Origin: a virus
DNA length: 64,000 nucleotides
IMG/VR virus record: IMGVR_UViG_3300032053_011398
Strand: one strand, 5' to 3'
Shown here: one piece after another, positions 37,120 to 47,455 of the stretch
Layout of the letters: each line of letters starts with the position of its first letter
Numbering within the stretch: the stretch's first letter is position 1
Program-made: the position numbers and the translations under genes
The notes under the pieces: model-generated
What the model saw: the letters and a program-made list of their open reading frames with translations, nothing else
Database searches by the model: none
Told to the model about the DNA's origin: nothing

Positions 37120-37737
37120 CTATTTGGCGGATGGTGGTGCCCCGGCAACCGCGATCTCTTTGGACGGTTCAGCCGGGAGAGTGTCATGGATGAAGTAAAT
37201 CTGCATCCACCGGAACACATAGTCAATGATCGAGGAGGCGCTGCGAATTTCCGGGTTAAGTGTCAAGCCGGACGGCTCGAACCGCTGGTTGCTGAACTTG
37301 GTCGAGAGCGTGCTGATACCCACCCCATATTGAAGCGCAATGCTCGTCATGCAGCCGATGGTGTCCATCAAGCCGCCGATGGTGGAGCCTTCCTTGGCCA
37401 TCGTGATGAACAGTTCGCCCGGCGCACCGTGGTCATACATGCCCACCGTCATGTAGCCCTCGTGGCCCCCAACCGTGAACTTATGCGTGACAGCGCGACG
37501 GGTGTCCGGCAGCCGCTTCCGCACCGGCACTCCGATTTTGTCCTTCAAGTTCTCGTTTTCTCCTGTGAGTTTGAAGATGCGAGCATTCAGAGCGTCATTC
37601 TGGTCGGCAAACTCCTTGTTTTGAACGAGAAGCCGGTTAGCATTGACCAACGCGCTGTCCATCTGCTCTTTGCTTTCAGCCAATCCTTTTTGATAGGCGG
37701 CTTCGAGTTGATCGGACAGGTCTTTTCCGTGTTTCAT
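37120..37737 (-). CDS. stand-alone TSCPD domain (class II ribonucleotide reductase C-terminus-like) with coiled coil
   Basis: RKRLPDTRRAVTHKFTVGGHEGY, PGELFITMAKEGST, SIALQYG, RFEPSG, ASSIIDYVFRW. Confidence 0.88.
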   Translation of the reverse strand: MKHGKDLSDQLEAAYQKGLAESKEQMDSALVNANRLLVQNKEFADQNDALNARIFKLTGENENLKDKIGVPVRKRLPDTRRAVTHKFTVGGHEGYMTVGMYDHGAPGELFITMAKEGSTIGGLMDTIGCMTSIALQYGVGISTLSTKFSNQRFEPSGLTLNPEIRSASSIIDYVFRWMQIYFIHDTLPAEPSKEIAVAGAPPSAK

Positions 37738-37871
37738 GCCCTATAGAACGGAAAAGCACGCCAAGGTGCTACGGTGCCAACCCGAACAGTGCGGGCGCTT
37801 ACCTGCCAACATCGAACAAAAATTTCCTCGTGCAAGGCCCTGTTGCTGCCAACGTAGCACATGTTGTCTGC

Positions 37872-40202
37872 CTAGTCGCTAAAATTATTTATTACGCATT
37901 CCCCGATCCGCAGCAGCTCGGTCTCGACGGCGCTGGCCATCTTGCTGGTGCTCCCCGGCGTATCGAGAGCCACGCGGTTGACCGAAGTGACGCCAATTAT
38001 CGCCCTGACGACCTCGGTGATGTTGGACTTGGAGCCGGTAATACCCGCGATTTCACTGCCATAGATGGATGCTTCCACCGAGAGGCCGTCGCCCCAAGAT
38101 CGGATGGCCGAGCGGATTTCCCGGCGCTTGCTCTGCGACGTATTGCCCGCGAAGCCAACGTAAACATTCACCAGTTTGTCCGAAGCGTAGCCGCTTACTG
38201 GGATCAACTTCATGCTCAAATCGCCGGGGACACCCTTGATCCAAAGCGCAATTGCGCCGGTGAGCAGGTTGATGGTGGACGGATAGGCGAGGTCGCCGCT
38301 GAGATTTTCGCCAAAAACCTGGGCAGTGCCGGGGATGATGCCTGGCTGAATCGTCAATTCCTTGGTGCCCAGGAACATTCTGAGCGACCAAGCCGAAATT
38401 GGATAAACCACCAGTTGGGCGGAGTAGAGACTGATCGAAACCAGGTCGTAATTGCTCCAAATCGGCGTCCCGCTGGCCTGCTTGCTGAGGCCATAGATGT
38501 ATTCGGCATTCGGCTTCGTCCACAACTCCAGTGAGTTGGACGGGTAAAGGTCGGAAGTCGGGGTGGACATGGCGATGGTATCGACGCCGTAAACTTCGTC
38601 GAGCGCCCGCACCAAGTTGGAGTAGGGCACCGGCTGGCCAGGGCGCAAAATGTCCACAAAACTGTTCAGCGTGTCCTGCACCAGCAGCCCGGTATCCGTG
38701 ACACTGAAACCCTGGAAGACCTTGTAACGCATACTGACGGGGATGGGCCGGGCGGTGCCATCGCCGATCCGCACCAGGTCGGTGCCCAACGCCTTGGTCT
38801 GCATGAAATTCTCCAGCTCAATCTTCTGCGAAGCGTTCAGATTGACCAGGCTGCCAACGGGGCCGCTCGTCCAGGCATAGATGAAGACGATGTTGCCCTC
38901 CAGGAGGGCATTTTCCGTCCTCACCGTGGCACGGGCGAAGACCACGCCAGGGTAACTCATCGCCATCGTCTGGTAATCTTCCAAGGTTACCGACCGGTCA
39001 TTGGCACGGGTCATGGCCGGAATGTTCACCCGCGCTTCCTCCAGCGTCTCGGCCTCGCGCCCACCCGTGCCCGCGCTGGTTGTGTTGGTGATCTGAATGG
39101 TAATGGGATTGGTGGTCGAAGCGATCAGAGCCGTGATAGATGTGTTGATCGAATTGAGCGCGATGTTGCCAGCCGTGCCGCCGCCGACCCGGTAAGCCGC
39201 GTTGATCGTGGCGTCAGTCGGAATCATCAAGCCCAGGGTGCCATCACCGAAAATGATGAGCGGCTGACCGGACGCGGTGGTCTTAAACACGTAGTCCGTA
39301 GAATCGACCGTGGACTTGGCAAAGCTGATGACCTGGTTCCAGGCTGAGCCATTGACGAAGACATCGACCGATCCATCAATGACTGGGGTCGTGCTGAGCT
39401 TGAAGACGAACGCAGGCGTGGCGTCGGACGGGGAAACGAAGCTGTCCCGAACGGTCAGCCCTTGGAGGCAGTTGATGCGCTGGTCGTAGATCGTAGCTGT
39501 CGCGCTGGCCTGGACAGCACCGGCGTAAGGAGTGGCCAAGACGAGCCGGTTGTTGCTGACTGCGCCGGGCGATGCCTGGATGTCCGAGATCAAGTAGGTC
39601 GCAGCCTCGCCATCGACCTTGAAAACCTGGCCCGCTTGCACGAAGTCGGCCAGGTTAATGGTCGTGTCCAGCAGATCGGCATTGCTCGATCCAGGCGTCA
39701 CGTTGACGAACGTGGAAAGCACGGATGCGCCGGGGGTGGAAGGCGAAATCGTGGCTATCGGGGTGACCGGCGTCGTGTTGCCGGGAAGGATGAAATAGTC
39801 CTTCTCGACCTCGAACGCAATCGAGTCCTGGGAGGAACTGCGGATGACCGTCCCTTTGGCGATGGTGACCGTGGCCGAAGATAGTGGGGCAGTGATAGAC
39901 GCCTCGCACGCCACGCTCGCCGCTGTCGGTCCTCGCAGCTCGTAGCCGGTGAGGCTGCCGATGTTCACGGCGGACTCCCTCAAGGTCATGGTGTTGACGT
40001 AATTCTCGCCCGCCGCCCGGTTGACCAGGAAAGCCATCGTGGCGGTTGACCAGGCAATCAGATCGACCAAAACGATCCCGAAAGAGTTGTTCAAGAAGTC
40101 GTTCCAAACACGGGGGTAGCGGGCGCGAACGCGCTGGAGGAGCGCATCCTTGTGTGCCTGATAATCGACGCGGATAAACCGAAGGCTGTTTTCAGTCGCC
40201 AT
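37872..40202 (-). CDS. baseplate wedge protein (baseplate J / T4 gp6-like)
   Basis: VDY...WNDF, FGDGTLG.IP, YRVGGG..GN, GGREAETLEEAR, RSVTLEDY. Confidence 0.9.
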   Translation of the reverse strand: MATENSLRFIRVDYQAHKDALLQRVRARYPRVWNDFLNNSFGIVLVDLIAWSTATMAFLVNRAAGENYVNTMTLRESAVNIGSLTGYELRGPTAASVACEASITAPLSSATVTIAKGTVIRSSSQDSIAFEVEKDYFILPGNTTPVTPIATISPSTPGASVLSTFVNVTPGSSNADLLDTTINLADFVQAGQVFKVDGEAATYLISDIQASPGAVSNNRLVLATPYAGAVQASATATIYDQRINCLQGLTVRDSFVSPSDATPAFVFKLSTTPVIDGSVDVFVNGSAWNQVISFAKSTVDSTDYVFKTTASGQPLIIFGDGTLGLMIPTDATINAAYRVGGGTAGNIALNSINTSITALIASTTNPITIQITNTTSAGTGGREAETLEEARVNIPAMTRANDRSVTLEDYQTMAMSYPGVVFARATVRTENALLEGNIVFIYAWTSGPVGSLVNLNASQKIELENFMQTKALGTDLVRIGDGTARPIPVSMRYKVFQGFSVTDTGLLVQDTLNSFVDILRPGQPVPYSNLVRALDEVYGVDTIAMSTPTSDLYPSNSLELWTKPNAEYIYGLSKQASGTPIWSNYDLVSISLYSAQLVVYPISAWSLRMFLGTKELTIQPGIIPGTAQVFGENLSGDLAYPSTINLLTGAIALWIKGVPGDLSMKLIPVSGYASDKLVNVYVGFAGNTSQSKRREIRSAIRSWGDGLSVEASIYGSEIAGITGSKSNITEVVRAIIGVTSVNRVALDTPGSTSKMASAVETELLRIGECVINNFSD

Positions 40203-40339
40203 ATTTTTAACTACCGATCACCAATCGGCCAGGGATCGCCCGCTGCCTTGGCCACGGCAGCGATCTGCTCGTCCAAAGTCGTTCTTTTAGGTGGTCAGTG
40301 CGGACCATGATGGCTAAAAGTTTGAGGGTATGCGAAGCA

Positions 40340-40744
40340 TCAGAGCATGAAGATTCCACTGGGACCGTCGTCCCAGTGGATTCGCACCACGTTGCCCTGG
40401 GGCGCGAAGGGCAACCCGTGCGCAGTATCCAGGTAGGCGACCAGCTCCGACGTGCTTTCCGTCCCCGTATCGTGGAATACCACCAATGCCGTGATGTCCT
40501 GCCCAAAAACCGGCCCGACCACTACATCATCAGCTCTGGCCACGCCGTCCGTGGCCGTTTTGCCCGACAGCGGCCCGCTCAACACCACCCGCGCTGCGAC
40601 GGAGATGTCCGCCAGGCTGCGGTGGACCGCCAAATTTACGGAATACTGGCGCGTATCAACCAGCACAACCCGAAACATTTGGTTGAGCCAATTGAGCTGA
40701 CCGGATAGGAACCGTTCTGAACTATAAACGTATCGTTGATTCAT
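40340..40744 (-). CDS. probable phage structural/tail protein
   Basis: FLSGQLNW..RVVLVD, LVAYLD, GLPF.P.G..V.I.WD pattern. Confidence 0.6.
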   Translation of the reverse strand: MNQRYVYSSERFLSGQLNWLNQMFRVVLVDTRQYSVNLAVHRSLADISVAARVVLSGPLSGKTATDGVARADDVVVGPVFGQDITALVVFHDTGTESTSELVAYLDTAHGLPFAPQGNVVRIHWDDGPSGIFML

Positions 40745-41330
40745 GCCAAAATTAAAACTCTGCGCTTGTGGCTGTGGAGAACCAACTCCGCTGGCAGCAC
40801 GTAACCGAACGGATCGGTGTCAAATTAAAGGAAAACCGGTGCAGTATGCACCTTTTCATGCGAGAAAGACTCGTTCCGGGCCTCACGTATCTCCTGGAAA
40901 GAAATGGTGTTACGCCTGCAAAGATGCAAAACCACTTAGCCAGTTTGCGCCTTCTGATCGCGTTAAATCTGGCAAAAAAGGGATTTGCAGACCGTGCAAT
41001 AAAATAAAATCGGCGCGGTGGAGAGAGACCAACCGCGACTACTTCCGGCTCAAAATGCGCCAATTTCATTTGAAAAAATTCGGTCTCACCGCTGCTAACT
41101 ACGAAACCATGCTCCAAAAACAGAATGGCCTTTGTGCAATTTGCGCTCAACCCGAAAAAGAGCGACGAAATGGCCGACTCAAGCTTTTGGCCGTGGACCA
41201 CTCACATAAAACAGGCCAGGTGCGCGGTCTGCTTTGCGGGAAATGCAATCAACTCCTTGGAATATGCCGAGAAAATCGTGATTTCCTGAATCGGGCCATA
41301 CTCTACTTGGAAAAGTGGCACGCCGATTGA
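40743..41330 (+). CDS. endonuclease VII-like His-Me homing endonuclease
   Basis: QNGLCAIC, LAVDHSHKTGQVRGLLCGKCNQLLG; N-terminal CACGCG. Confidence 0.92.
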   Translation: MPKLKLCACGCGEPTPLAARNRTDRCQIKGKPVQYAPFHARKTRSGPHVSPGKKWCYACKDAKPLSQFAPSDRVKSGKKGICRPCNKIKSARWRETNRDYFRLKMRQFHLKKFGLTAANYETMLQKQNGLCAICAQPEKERRNGRLKLLAVDHSHKTGQVRGLLCGKCNQLLGICRENRDFLNRAILYLEKWHAD

Positions 41331-41361
41331 ACTTGTTTACAAAATCTAGTTCTGTTGGAAT

Positions 41362-43023
41362 ATGAACGTGGCTGAGACAACGGCAACGCCTGGAATCATG
41401 AAGCACTTCGTGCTCGACCAGGCCCGCACCAAACAGGTAACAGCCCTGGAATACATTGAGCGCAAGTATGTTGAAGGCTTTAAGAACATCGTGATCGCTG
41501 CGCCGACTGGAATTGGAAAAAGCGCAATAGGCGCAGCTTGCTGTTTTTGGGGCGCAAGTCAGGAAATTCAAGAACCAGGAGAAGCTGGAGGTTTTTACCT
41601 GGTCACGCAGAAGATGCTCCAGGATCAGCTCCAACGGGACATCCCCAAATATCGAATACCCGAAGCCATTCGGAACTGCTGCTCGATCAAATCGGCCTCC
41701 GAATATCGCTGCCTCAATCACGGCAACTGCGCCTTCGGCATGAGCCGCAAGACCAAGTGCGGGTGCATAGGCCAAGGCAATTGCGCCTACATCCTGGCCA
41801 GGACGGCGTTTGGCCGGGCCAAAATGGCGATCACCAACTACCCTTACCTATTCACCGAGCACCAGCTTGTCAACAAGCTCTTGCCGAGGAAGGTGCTGAT
41901 TCTGGATGAGTGCCACAGCCTGGAGCGGCAAGTTTTGAAATTCGTCGAGGTCTCGATCACTCAGGCGAGCCTGGAAAAGTGGGCCAGGGTTATCAAGCAA
42001 GTGCCTCATTTTGATGATGTTGTTGACTTCGCTGACTACCTTATCAAGACCTATCTGCCAACCATCAAACCACGCCTGGACGCCCTGGCGGATTGGGAAG
42101 CAACTGGCAACTCGCCTGAAGACTGGCAGATGTCCCAGGAGAAAATTGACCTCCAGAAACATTACGGCCAGGTGCTCTTAGGTGCGCAGTTGATCCACGA
42201 CGATCCCGACAACTGGGTCTTCTGGCAGGATCAAGACCGGCATGGAAACCTCGAAGCCTTGGCGAAACCTCTTGACGCCTCCCCGTTCGGTCAAGAGTTG
42301 GTGTTCGAGATGGGCCACGTCCGCATCTTCATGTCGGCTTACCCCGGCTCCAAGAAAGTCTTCTGCGAGAGCCTGGGCCTCAATCCCAACGAAGTAGCCT
42401 GGCTGAACCTGAACAGCACTTTCCCAATCGAGAACCGGGAGATTTTCCTGACCACCATCGGTTCGATGAGCCGAAGGAACCGGGAACAAACCATGCCTGC
42501 CTTCTTGCGGTTCACCGGCAAGGTCATGGAGACCCACCACGACACCAAGGGAATCATCCATTGCAACAGCTACGAGTTGGGACAAGCCATCTTCGACGCC
42601 TTCCGGGGAACTCCCCACAGTGCCCGGCTGCTGTTTCCGACCTCTTCCGACGAACGTGACCCGACGTTTGTAAGACACAAGCTCTCGCCCTTACCAACCG
42701 TCATTATCAGCCCATCCATGACGGAGGGTTTCGACTTTGCGGAAGACTTGGCCCGTTGGCAGATCATCGCCAAGGTGCCCTACCCCTACCTGGGCGACCG
42801 CCAAGTCGCGGCCAAGAAGGAAATGAACGCCGATTGGTATGACTTGCAGGCAGCTTCAACGATTATTCAAGCGTGCGGGCGCATCGTCCGCTCGGATACC
42901 GACGTGGGTCAGACCTACATCCTGGACAGTGACTTCCTTCAGCTATTCGAGCGGCAGAGCCACATGTTCCCGCGCTGGTGGACGGATGCCTTGGTATGGC
43001 CAAAACGGAAGGAGAACCGGTAA
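41362..43023 (+). CDS. DinG/Rad3-like SF2 helicase
   Basis: APTGIGKS, ILDECH, MSA, EGFDF, KVPYP, QACGRIVRS..D. Confidence 0.92.
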   Translation: MNVAETTATPGIMKHFVLDQARTKQVTALEYIERKYVEGFKNIVIAAPTGIGKSAIGAACCFWGASQEIQEPGEAGGFYLVTQKMLQDQLQRDIPKYRIPEAIRNCCSIKSASEYRCLNHGNCAFGMSRKTKCGCIGQGNCAYILARTAFGRAKMAITNYPYLFTEHQLVNKLLPRKVLILDECHSLERQVLKFVEVSITQASLEKWARVIKQVPHFDDVVDFADYLIKTYLPTIKPRLDALADWEATGNSPEDWQMSQEKIDLQKHYGQVLLGAQLIHDDPDNWVFWQDQDRHGNLEALAKPLDASPFGQELVFEMGHVRIFMSAYPGSKKVFCESLGLNPNEVAWLNLNSTFPIENREIFLTTIGSMSRRNREQTMPAFLRFTGKVMETHHDTKGIIHCNSYELGQAIFDAFRGTPHSARLLFPTSSDERDPTFVRHKLSPLPTVIISPSMTEGFDFAEDLARWQIIAKVPYPYLGDRQVAAKKEMNADWYDLQAASTIIQACGRIVRSDTDVGQTYILDSDFLQLFERQSHMFPRWWTDALVWPKRKENR

Positions 43024-43088
43024 TTGTTTACAAAACTACTCATGAGGGCGGTCATAACTGGGGGCGTAGTTAAATTGGACTAAACGGC

Positions 43089-44198
43089 ATGAAAAAGAAT
43101 TTGCTAAGCTTCCTGTTCCTGGAGTCTGCTCACGCCGATGCAGTCGAGGCCGCAGGCCACGAACTGAACATCGCCGAGAGCCTGGAGCAACTATTCGAGG
43201 CCGCAGCCGAGATCGAAAAGGGCGAACTTGAGTCGAAGAAGACTCCGCTGGCGAAAGCACTTAGCGAGTTCGGCATTGCCGATGCCGAACTCCAGCTCGA
43301 CCCGGAGGGGTTTTGCTTGGTCACCGACAACCGCGACCGCTATTCGGACATCTTGGCGGTGCTGGGCGACGCCGACGCCATGCACAAGCTGGCCGAAATG
43401 GGCTGGGTTGTTACCAAGCCCGGCGACGCTGCCATGACCAGCGAGCCTGCGGAATACCGCATCCGGTTCCTTGAGATCACGACCGTTGACACCGGGGACA
43501 AAGACAAGTCCGATGAAAAGGTCAAAGCAATCACCCAAGCGGCCCGCGAGTTCGCTACCACACCTCTCGACCGGGACGATGACCTCAACCCCGTGGAAAC
43601 GGATGACGGTGAAATGGGGAAGAAGCAAGTCGGAGTGGGTAAGGCCAGCGATGGAACCGATCCAGAAGGCAAACCCAAAGGGGCAAATAAGGTTAAGGAA
43701 TCGTGGCCCGAACGACAAGCCAAACCTTGTAGCTCCTACGAATCAGCTCAGGAACCCGAACAACCAAGCACGGTATGTTTCAATTGTGGCTGGCCCCGCC
43801 GCCGCCATTCCGACCAAAGCAGCCACATACACGACAACCTCAACGAAATGACCTCGACCAGCAGTATGGGCACCGTCGAGGGAGGCCCCCAGGGGATTGT
43901 GGGCGCGGGCATCGTTAAGAAGCCCAAGCCCTATGGCAAAGGCACCCGATTCGCCATGCCGGGGCAATGGACTGTCAAGCAGCCTATCGTCAAACAACAG
44001 ATGAAGCGCAAAGTCCGCAGTGAGTCCACTACCGCCGAGGAATTTCTGAAGGAACCGCTGCCCGGCCATCCATCAACGTGCCGAAAGTGCGGCAAGGCTT
44101 TCAATTTCGCCTCCATCCCGGAAACCCGGATGGGCAGCGTTCTCTGCCCGCACTGCGGAGCTGAAGTTGACCAAACAGGCACCCCCGCCAAGCAATGA
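43089..44198 (+). CDS. hypothetical virion-associated protein with Zn ribbons
   Basis: GTAGTTA upstream; CFNC, CRKC..CPHC. Confidence 0.7.
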   Translation: MKKNLLSFLFLESAHADAVEAAGHELNIAESLEQLFEAAAEIEKGELESKKTPLAKALSEFGIADAELQLDPEGFCLVTDNRDRYSDILAVLGDADAMHKLAEMGWVVTKPGDAAMTSEPAEYRIRFLEITTVDTGDKDKSDEKVKAITQAAREFATTPLDRDDDLNPVETDDGEMGKKQVGVGKASDGTDPEGKPKGANKVKESWPERQAKPCSSYESAQEPEQPSTVCFNCGWPRRRHSDQSSHIHDNLNEMTSTSSMGTVEGGPQGIVGAGIVKKPKPYGKGTRFAMPGQWTVKQPIVKQQMKRKVRSESTTAEEFLKEPLPGHPSTCRKCGKAFNFASIPETRMGSVLCPHCGAEVDQTGTPAKQ

Positions 44199-44776
44199 AG
44201 ACCTTTCACGATTACGAGAGCATGAGCACCGTGGGACAGGCCGAAAACCTGCAACCGGTGCTCCTGGAAGCGTATTCCGGTGCCTCCATCGTGGCTTGGT
44301 ATGGGACGATTGAGGACCAGCTTCAGCGGATGCTCGACGACCAGGAAGCCTCTCGAAATTTTGAGAACGCCGACCGGATTCGAGCCTTCCTGAACACCTG
44401 GCGTGATAATGCGATCACCGGCTCCATCAACATCGACGAGTTGGAACCCCTCAAGGCCGCATCCGAGCAGCAAGCCTCCGCCAAGTGGCCCATGCGGAAC
44501 TATTTCAGCTCTCTGCGGAATCAGCTTCGTAAGCTGATCGCGTCCGAAGAGGAACTGCCTCGCGGCATTGACACCAACCAGGTTGACCCGATGGCGGGCG
44601 GACTGGGCCGTGGCGCTCCTCCCATGAGTCCCGACTTCGGGCCAGAGGAAGAAGCCCCCGGTGATCTCAACGCCGCCGAGGGCGAGCCGGGTGCCAAAGG
44701 TGCCGGTCTGGAACAACCGGAAGACGAGAAAGACCTGAACAAGCAGGTCGCCTTCCCTCCCGCATCTAACCACTAA
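44195..44776 (+). CDS. hypothetical acidic protein
   Basis: ORF coupled to the upstream gene (ATGA). Confidence 0.7.
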   Translation: MKTFHDYESMSTVGQAENLQPVLLEAYSGASIVAWYGTIEDQLQRMLDDQEASRNFENADRIRAFLNTWRDNAITGSINIDELEPLKAASEQQASAKWPMRNYFSSLRNQLRKLIASEEELPRGIDTNQVDPMAGGLGRGAPPMSPDFGPEEEAPGDLNAAEGEPGAKGAGLEQPEDEKDLNKQVAFPPASNH

Positions 44777-44794
44777 GCAGTTTAGCAGACAATT

Positions 44795-45439
44795 ATGAGC
44801 AAGACAAAGCCCGAAATCGCAAAAGCACTCCTGGAACGTCGCAACCGGATGACCCACGTCATCTTGCCAGGCGAAATCACTGCCGAGATCGGCCCCGATG
44901 GTGTTGCCGAAGCTTTGAAGGAACGCTGGCTCGTGCCCGACCTGGATGAAGGGTTCCTCTGTGTCAGCAAAGACCTGGGCGTCATTGATGAGATGCGTCG
45001 CTTGGCCGAGATGAAGCCGGAAGAATACAAGGTCGAAGCGATCCCCGTCGCCGAGAGTCACGGCTTGTCCTTGCTCCACACGAAGCGCGGTCACCAACTC
45101 CATGAAATCGCAGCGCCGATGACCGGAGCACCATCGCCGGGCCTGGCAAGCACCGGTCAGCCCGCCCCCGCCGCAGCCGTAGGGTCTGTCCCTCCAATGG
45201 GGGCGCAACAAAGCCCCTATGTGGTCGGCAGTCCGGTGACCGTGGCACGCCAGGGTAAGTCGTCCAACGGCGTGATCGAAAAGCTGTTGCCTGATGGCCG
45301 GTTTCAAGTCGGTTTCGCAGACGGGCAGCCCCAGCAGGGAAATAACGTCTTCTCGAAAGAGGAAGTCAACTTGGTTCCTACGTCACCGCAGCGTCCACCT
45401 GGAGCCGCAGCCGCCCCTGTGGGCGCAGCCGCTTCATGA
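44795..45439 (+). CDS. hypothetical protein
   Basis: ORF within an operon-like run. Confidence 0.7.
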   Translation: MSKTKPEIAKALLERRNRMTHVILPGEITAEIGPDGVAEALKERWLVPDLDEGFLCVSKDLGVIDEMRRLAEMKPEEYKVEAIPVAESHGLSLLHTKRGHQLHEIAAPMTGAPSPGLASTGQPAPAAAVGSVPPMGAQQSPYVVGSPVTVARQGKSSNGVIEKLLPDGRFQVGFADGQPQQGNNVFSKEEVNLVPTSPQRPPGAAAAPVGAAAS

Positions 45440-45933
45440 GCACGCTGCTACTACGCCGTATCCTGGAGGCCGACGACGAGGAGACCATTAAGGACATCCT
45501 CGGCGCGGACTACCACGAACCCCCTGACCAGCCCGAAGAAGGCGCGGTCATGCGGCATGATCGCTGGGCCGACGTAAAGATCGGCGACTGGAACTTCTGC
45601 ATTTCCTACCTGACCCCCGTGGCCTACTACGAGCCTGGCCGGGGAGTCACCGTCACGGAGAAACGCTGGTCGAATGCCACACTCAAGCACATCATGAAGT
45701 GGGCGGAGGAGATCGGCTTCGGTGGACACCGGCGCTACGCTGAACTCGAAGCCCGCGCCAAGACCATGCCCCAGGAGCAGATGATCGAGTTGTTCAAGGA
45801 GAAAGCCGGGCGCGTCCGCTGGACGAAGCGCCAGTCCAAAAAGCTCGCCGCCGTCCCTTACAACAAGATTGCCACGGGCCTCAAGGGTGGGCGTGAAGAT
45901 CGCATCGAAATCGAACCACTTCCCCGCGCTTAA
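45436..45933 (+). CDS. hypothetical protein (ISYLTPVAY family, paralog 1)
   Basis: RILEADDEETIKDI; ISYLTPVAY..KRWS.AT.KHI. Confidence 0.75.
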   Translation: MSTLLLRRILEADDEETIKDILGADYHEPPDQPEEGAVMRHDRWADVKIGDWNFCISYLTPVAYYEPGRGVTVTEKRWSNATLKHIMKWAEEIGFGGHRRYAELEARAKTMPQEQMIELFKEKAGRVRWTKRQSKKLAAVPYNKIATGLKGGREDRIEIEPLPRA

Positions 45934-46628
45934 TGACCGCTATCCAATCCATACTCGCGCACTTGCTCGAAGCCGAGGAAGAAGACTTCGAGTTAAAGGA
46001 CGTTGAGACGACCGAGCCGGTCGGAGGCCGGGCCAAAGTTACGCGCCACGGTCGGTGGAAGACGGTGGACATGCTCCACTACACCTTCCTGATTTCTTAT
46101 CTCACCCCGGTTGCTTATCACGACAAGCTGCTCGACGCCTACTACCAGACCAGGAAGCAGTGGTCGCCCACCACCAATGGCCACATCTACCAGTGGCAGC
46201 ACCAAATTTCCAAGTCGCCGGAATGGCAAAACAACCCGGATAACAAAGTGTGGGAACCACCGACTGAGTGGAGGCCAGAAGGATACTGGCGCATGGAATC
46301 TCCGAAGTTCACTTACAAAAAGCAGGACGAAATTTCCAACCTGTTCAAGAAGATCATGGCGACGATGGAGCTGAAGCCGCACGAGAAGAAGCGGCTCTAC
46401 CATGTCAATCCCCTCATGAGAAAGGGAGCACCCGGACGCGGCAGGCAATTATACGGCGGTCATCTCAAGCACCACGAGGCTGGCACACAGGGACTACCCC
46501 GGCCCGACCTTTGGAAGCACCAACCTGAATTGGAAAAGTTTTTTGGCGACTTCACCCCCGACGAAGCGGAAATGTGGGATTGGCAACAGGGCGAAAGGCG
46601 GAGCCAAGAACCCCATGAACCAGAGTGA
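45933..46628 (+). CDS. hypothetical protein (ISYLTPVAY family, paralog 2)
   Basis: HLLEAEEEDFELKDV; ISYLTPVAY..KQWS.TT.GHI. Confidence 0.75.
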   Translation: MTAIQSILAHLLEAEEEDFELKDVETTEPVGGRAKVTRHGRWKTVDMLHYTFLISYLTPVAYHDKLLDAYYQTRKQWSPTTNGHIYQWQHQISKSPEWQNNPDNKVWEPPTEWRPEGYWRMESPKFTYKKQDEISNLFKKIMATMELKPHEKKRLYHVNPLMRKGAPGRGRQLYGGHLKHHEAGTQGLPRPDLWKHQPELEKFFGDFTPDEAEMWDWQQGERRSQEPHEPE

Positions 46629-46666
46629 TTCCGCACTGACCATGCTAAACTTTAAGGCATCCACAG

Positions 46667-47455
46667 GTGGACGCAAGAACAAAAGAAATCCTCACGGCAT
46701 TGCTTGAGTCCGACGCCGATGACGAATCGAGCGTAAAGGACTTCCTTGGTGTTCCCCCGGAAATTCTTGATCGCCAGAAAAAGGAGCTGTTGCCTGTAGC
46801 CATCGAGCACAAGTCCAAATACCTGGGCTATCCCTGCGTCCAGGTTTATGAGCCGCATACCAATCCGCAGGGCGAAACCTACATCTTCGGCAGGTTCGGG
46901 AAGCGCGAACCGAGCACTACGATGTCCACTCTGCTCTACCTCAATCCCGACCGGGGCTGGCAGATCGTGGAAAGCGAAGAAGACGGCGAGGACTTCAAAG
47001 AGGTTTACGGCGGCGAGGAGCCAACGGCCTACTTACCCCTGGGCACGGTGATACATCGCACCATGCGCGAGGAAGACCTGATCCCGGCCTTCCTGGACGC
47101 TCTTGAAAGTGTAGCCCCGCGCCAGGCCGCTGAGATGCGCGAGGAATACGCCGACCAGATCGCACAGGCCGACCCGGAGTTCTGCTGGGAAGTGCTGGTG
47201 GACGCCCTGGACGCGCACGCGCCGCCCTATACCTACTTTGGATCGAATCCCGGCGACGGATCGGACATGGGGGTGTGGATCAGCGACGAGACGATCACCG
47301 ACGACTTGCACTACGAAGACGCGGACAAGCTCCAGGCCATGCGGAGGGGCGAGCGGATGCCCCAGGGCAGCCAATACGTCATCGTGACCGATCAGGGCGG
47401 CAACTATGAGGAGCTGTTGGACGGCCTATCCGGGCAACAGATTTGGGCCGTATGA
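46667..47455 (+). CDS. hypothetical acidic protein
   Basis: ALLESDADDESSVKDF; APPYTYFGSNPGDGSDMGVW. Confidence 0.75.
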   Translation: MDARTKEILTALLESDADDESSVKDFLGVPPEILDRQKKELLPVAIEHKSKYLGYPCVQVYEPHTNPQGETYIFGRFGKREPSTTMSTLLYLNPDRGWQIVESEEDGEDFKEVYGGEEPTAYLPLGTVIHRTMREEDLIPAFLDALESVAPRQAAEMREEYADQIAQADPEFCWEVLVDALDAHAPPYTYFGSNPGDGSDMGVWISDETITDDLHYEDADKLQAMRRGERMPQGSQYVIVTDQGGNYEELLDGLSGQQIWAV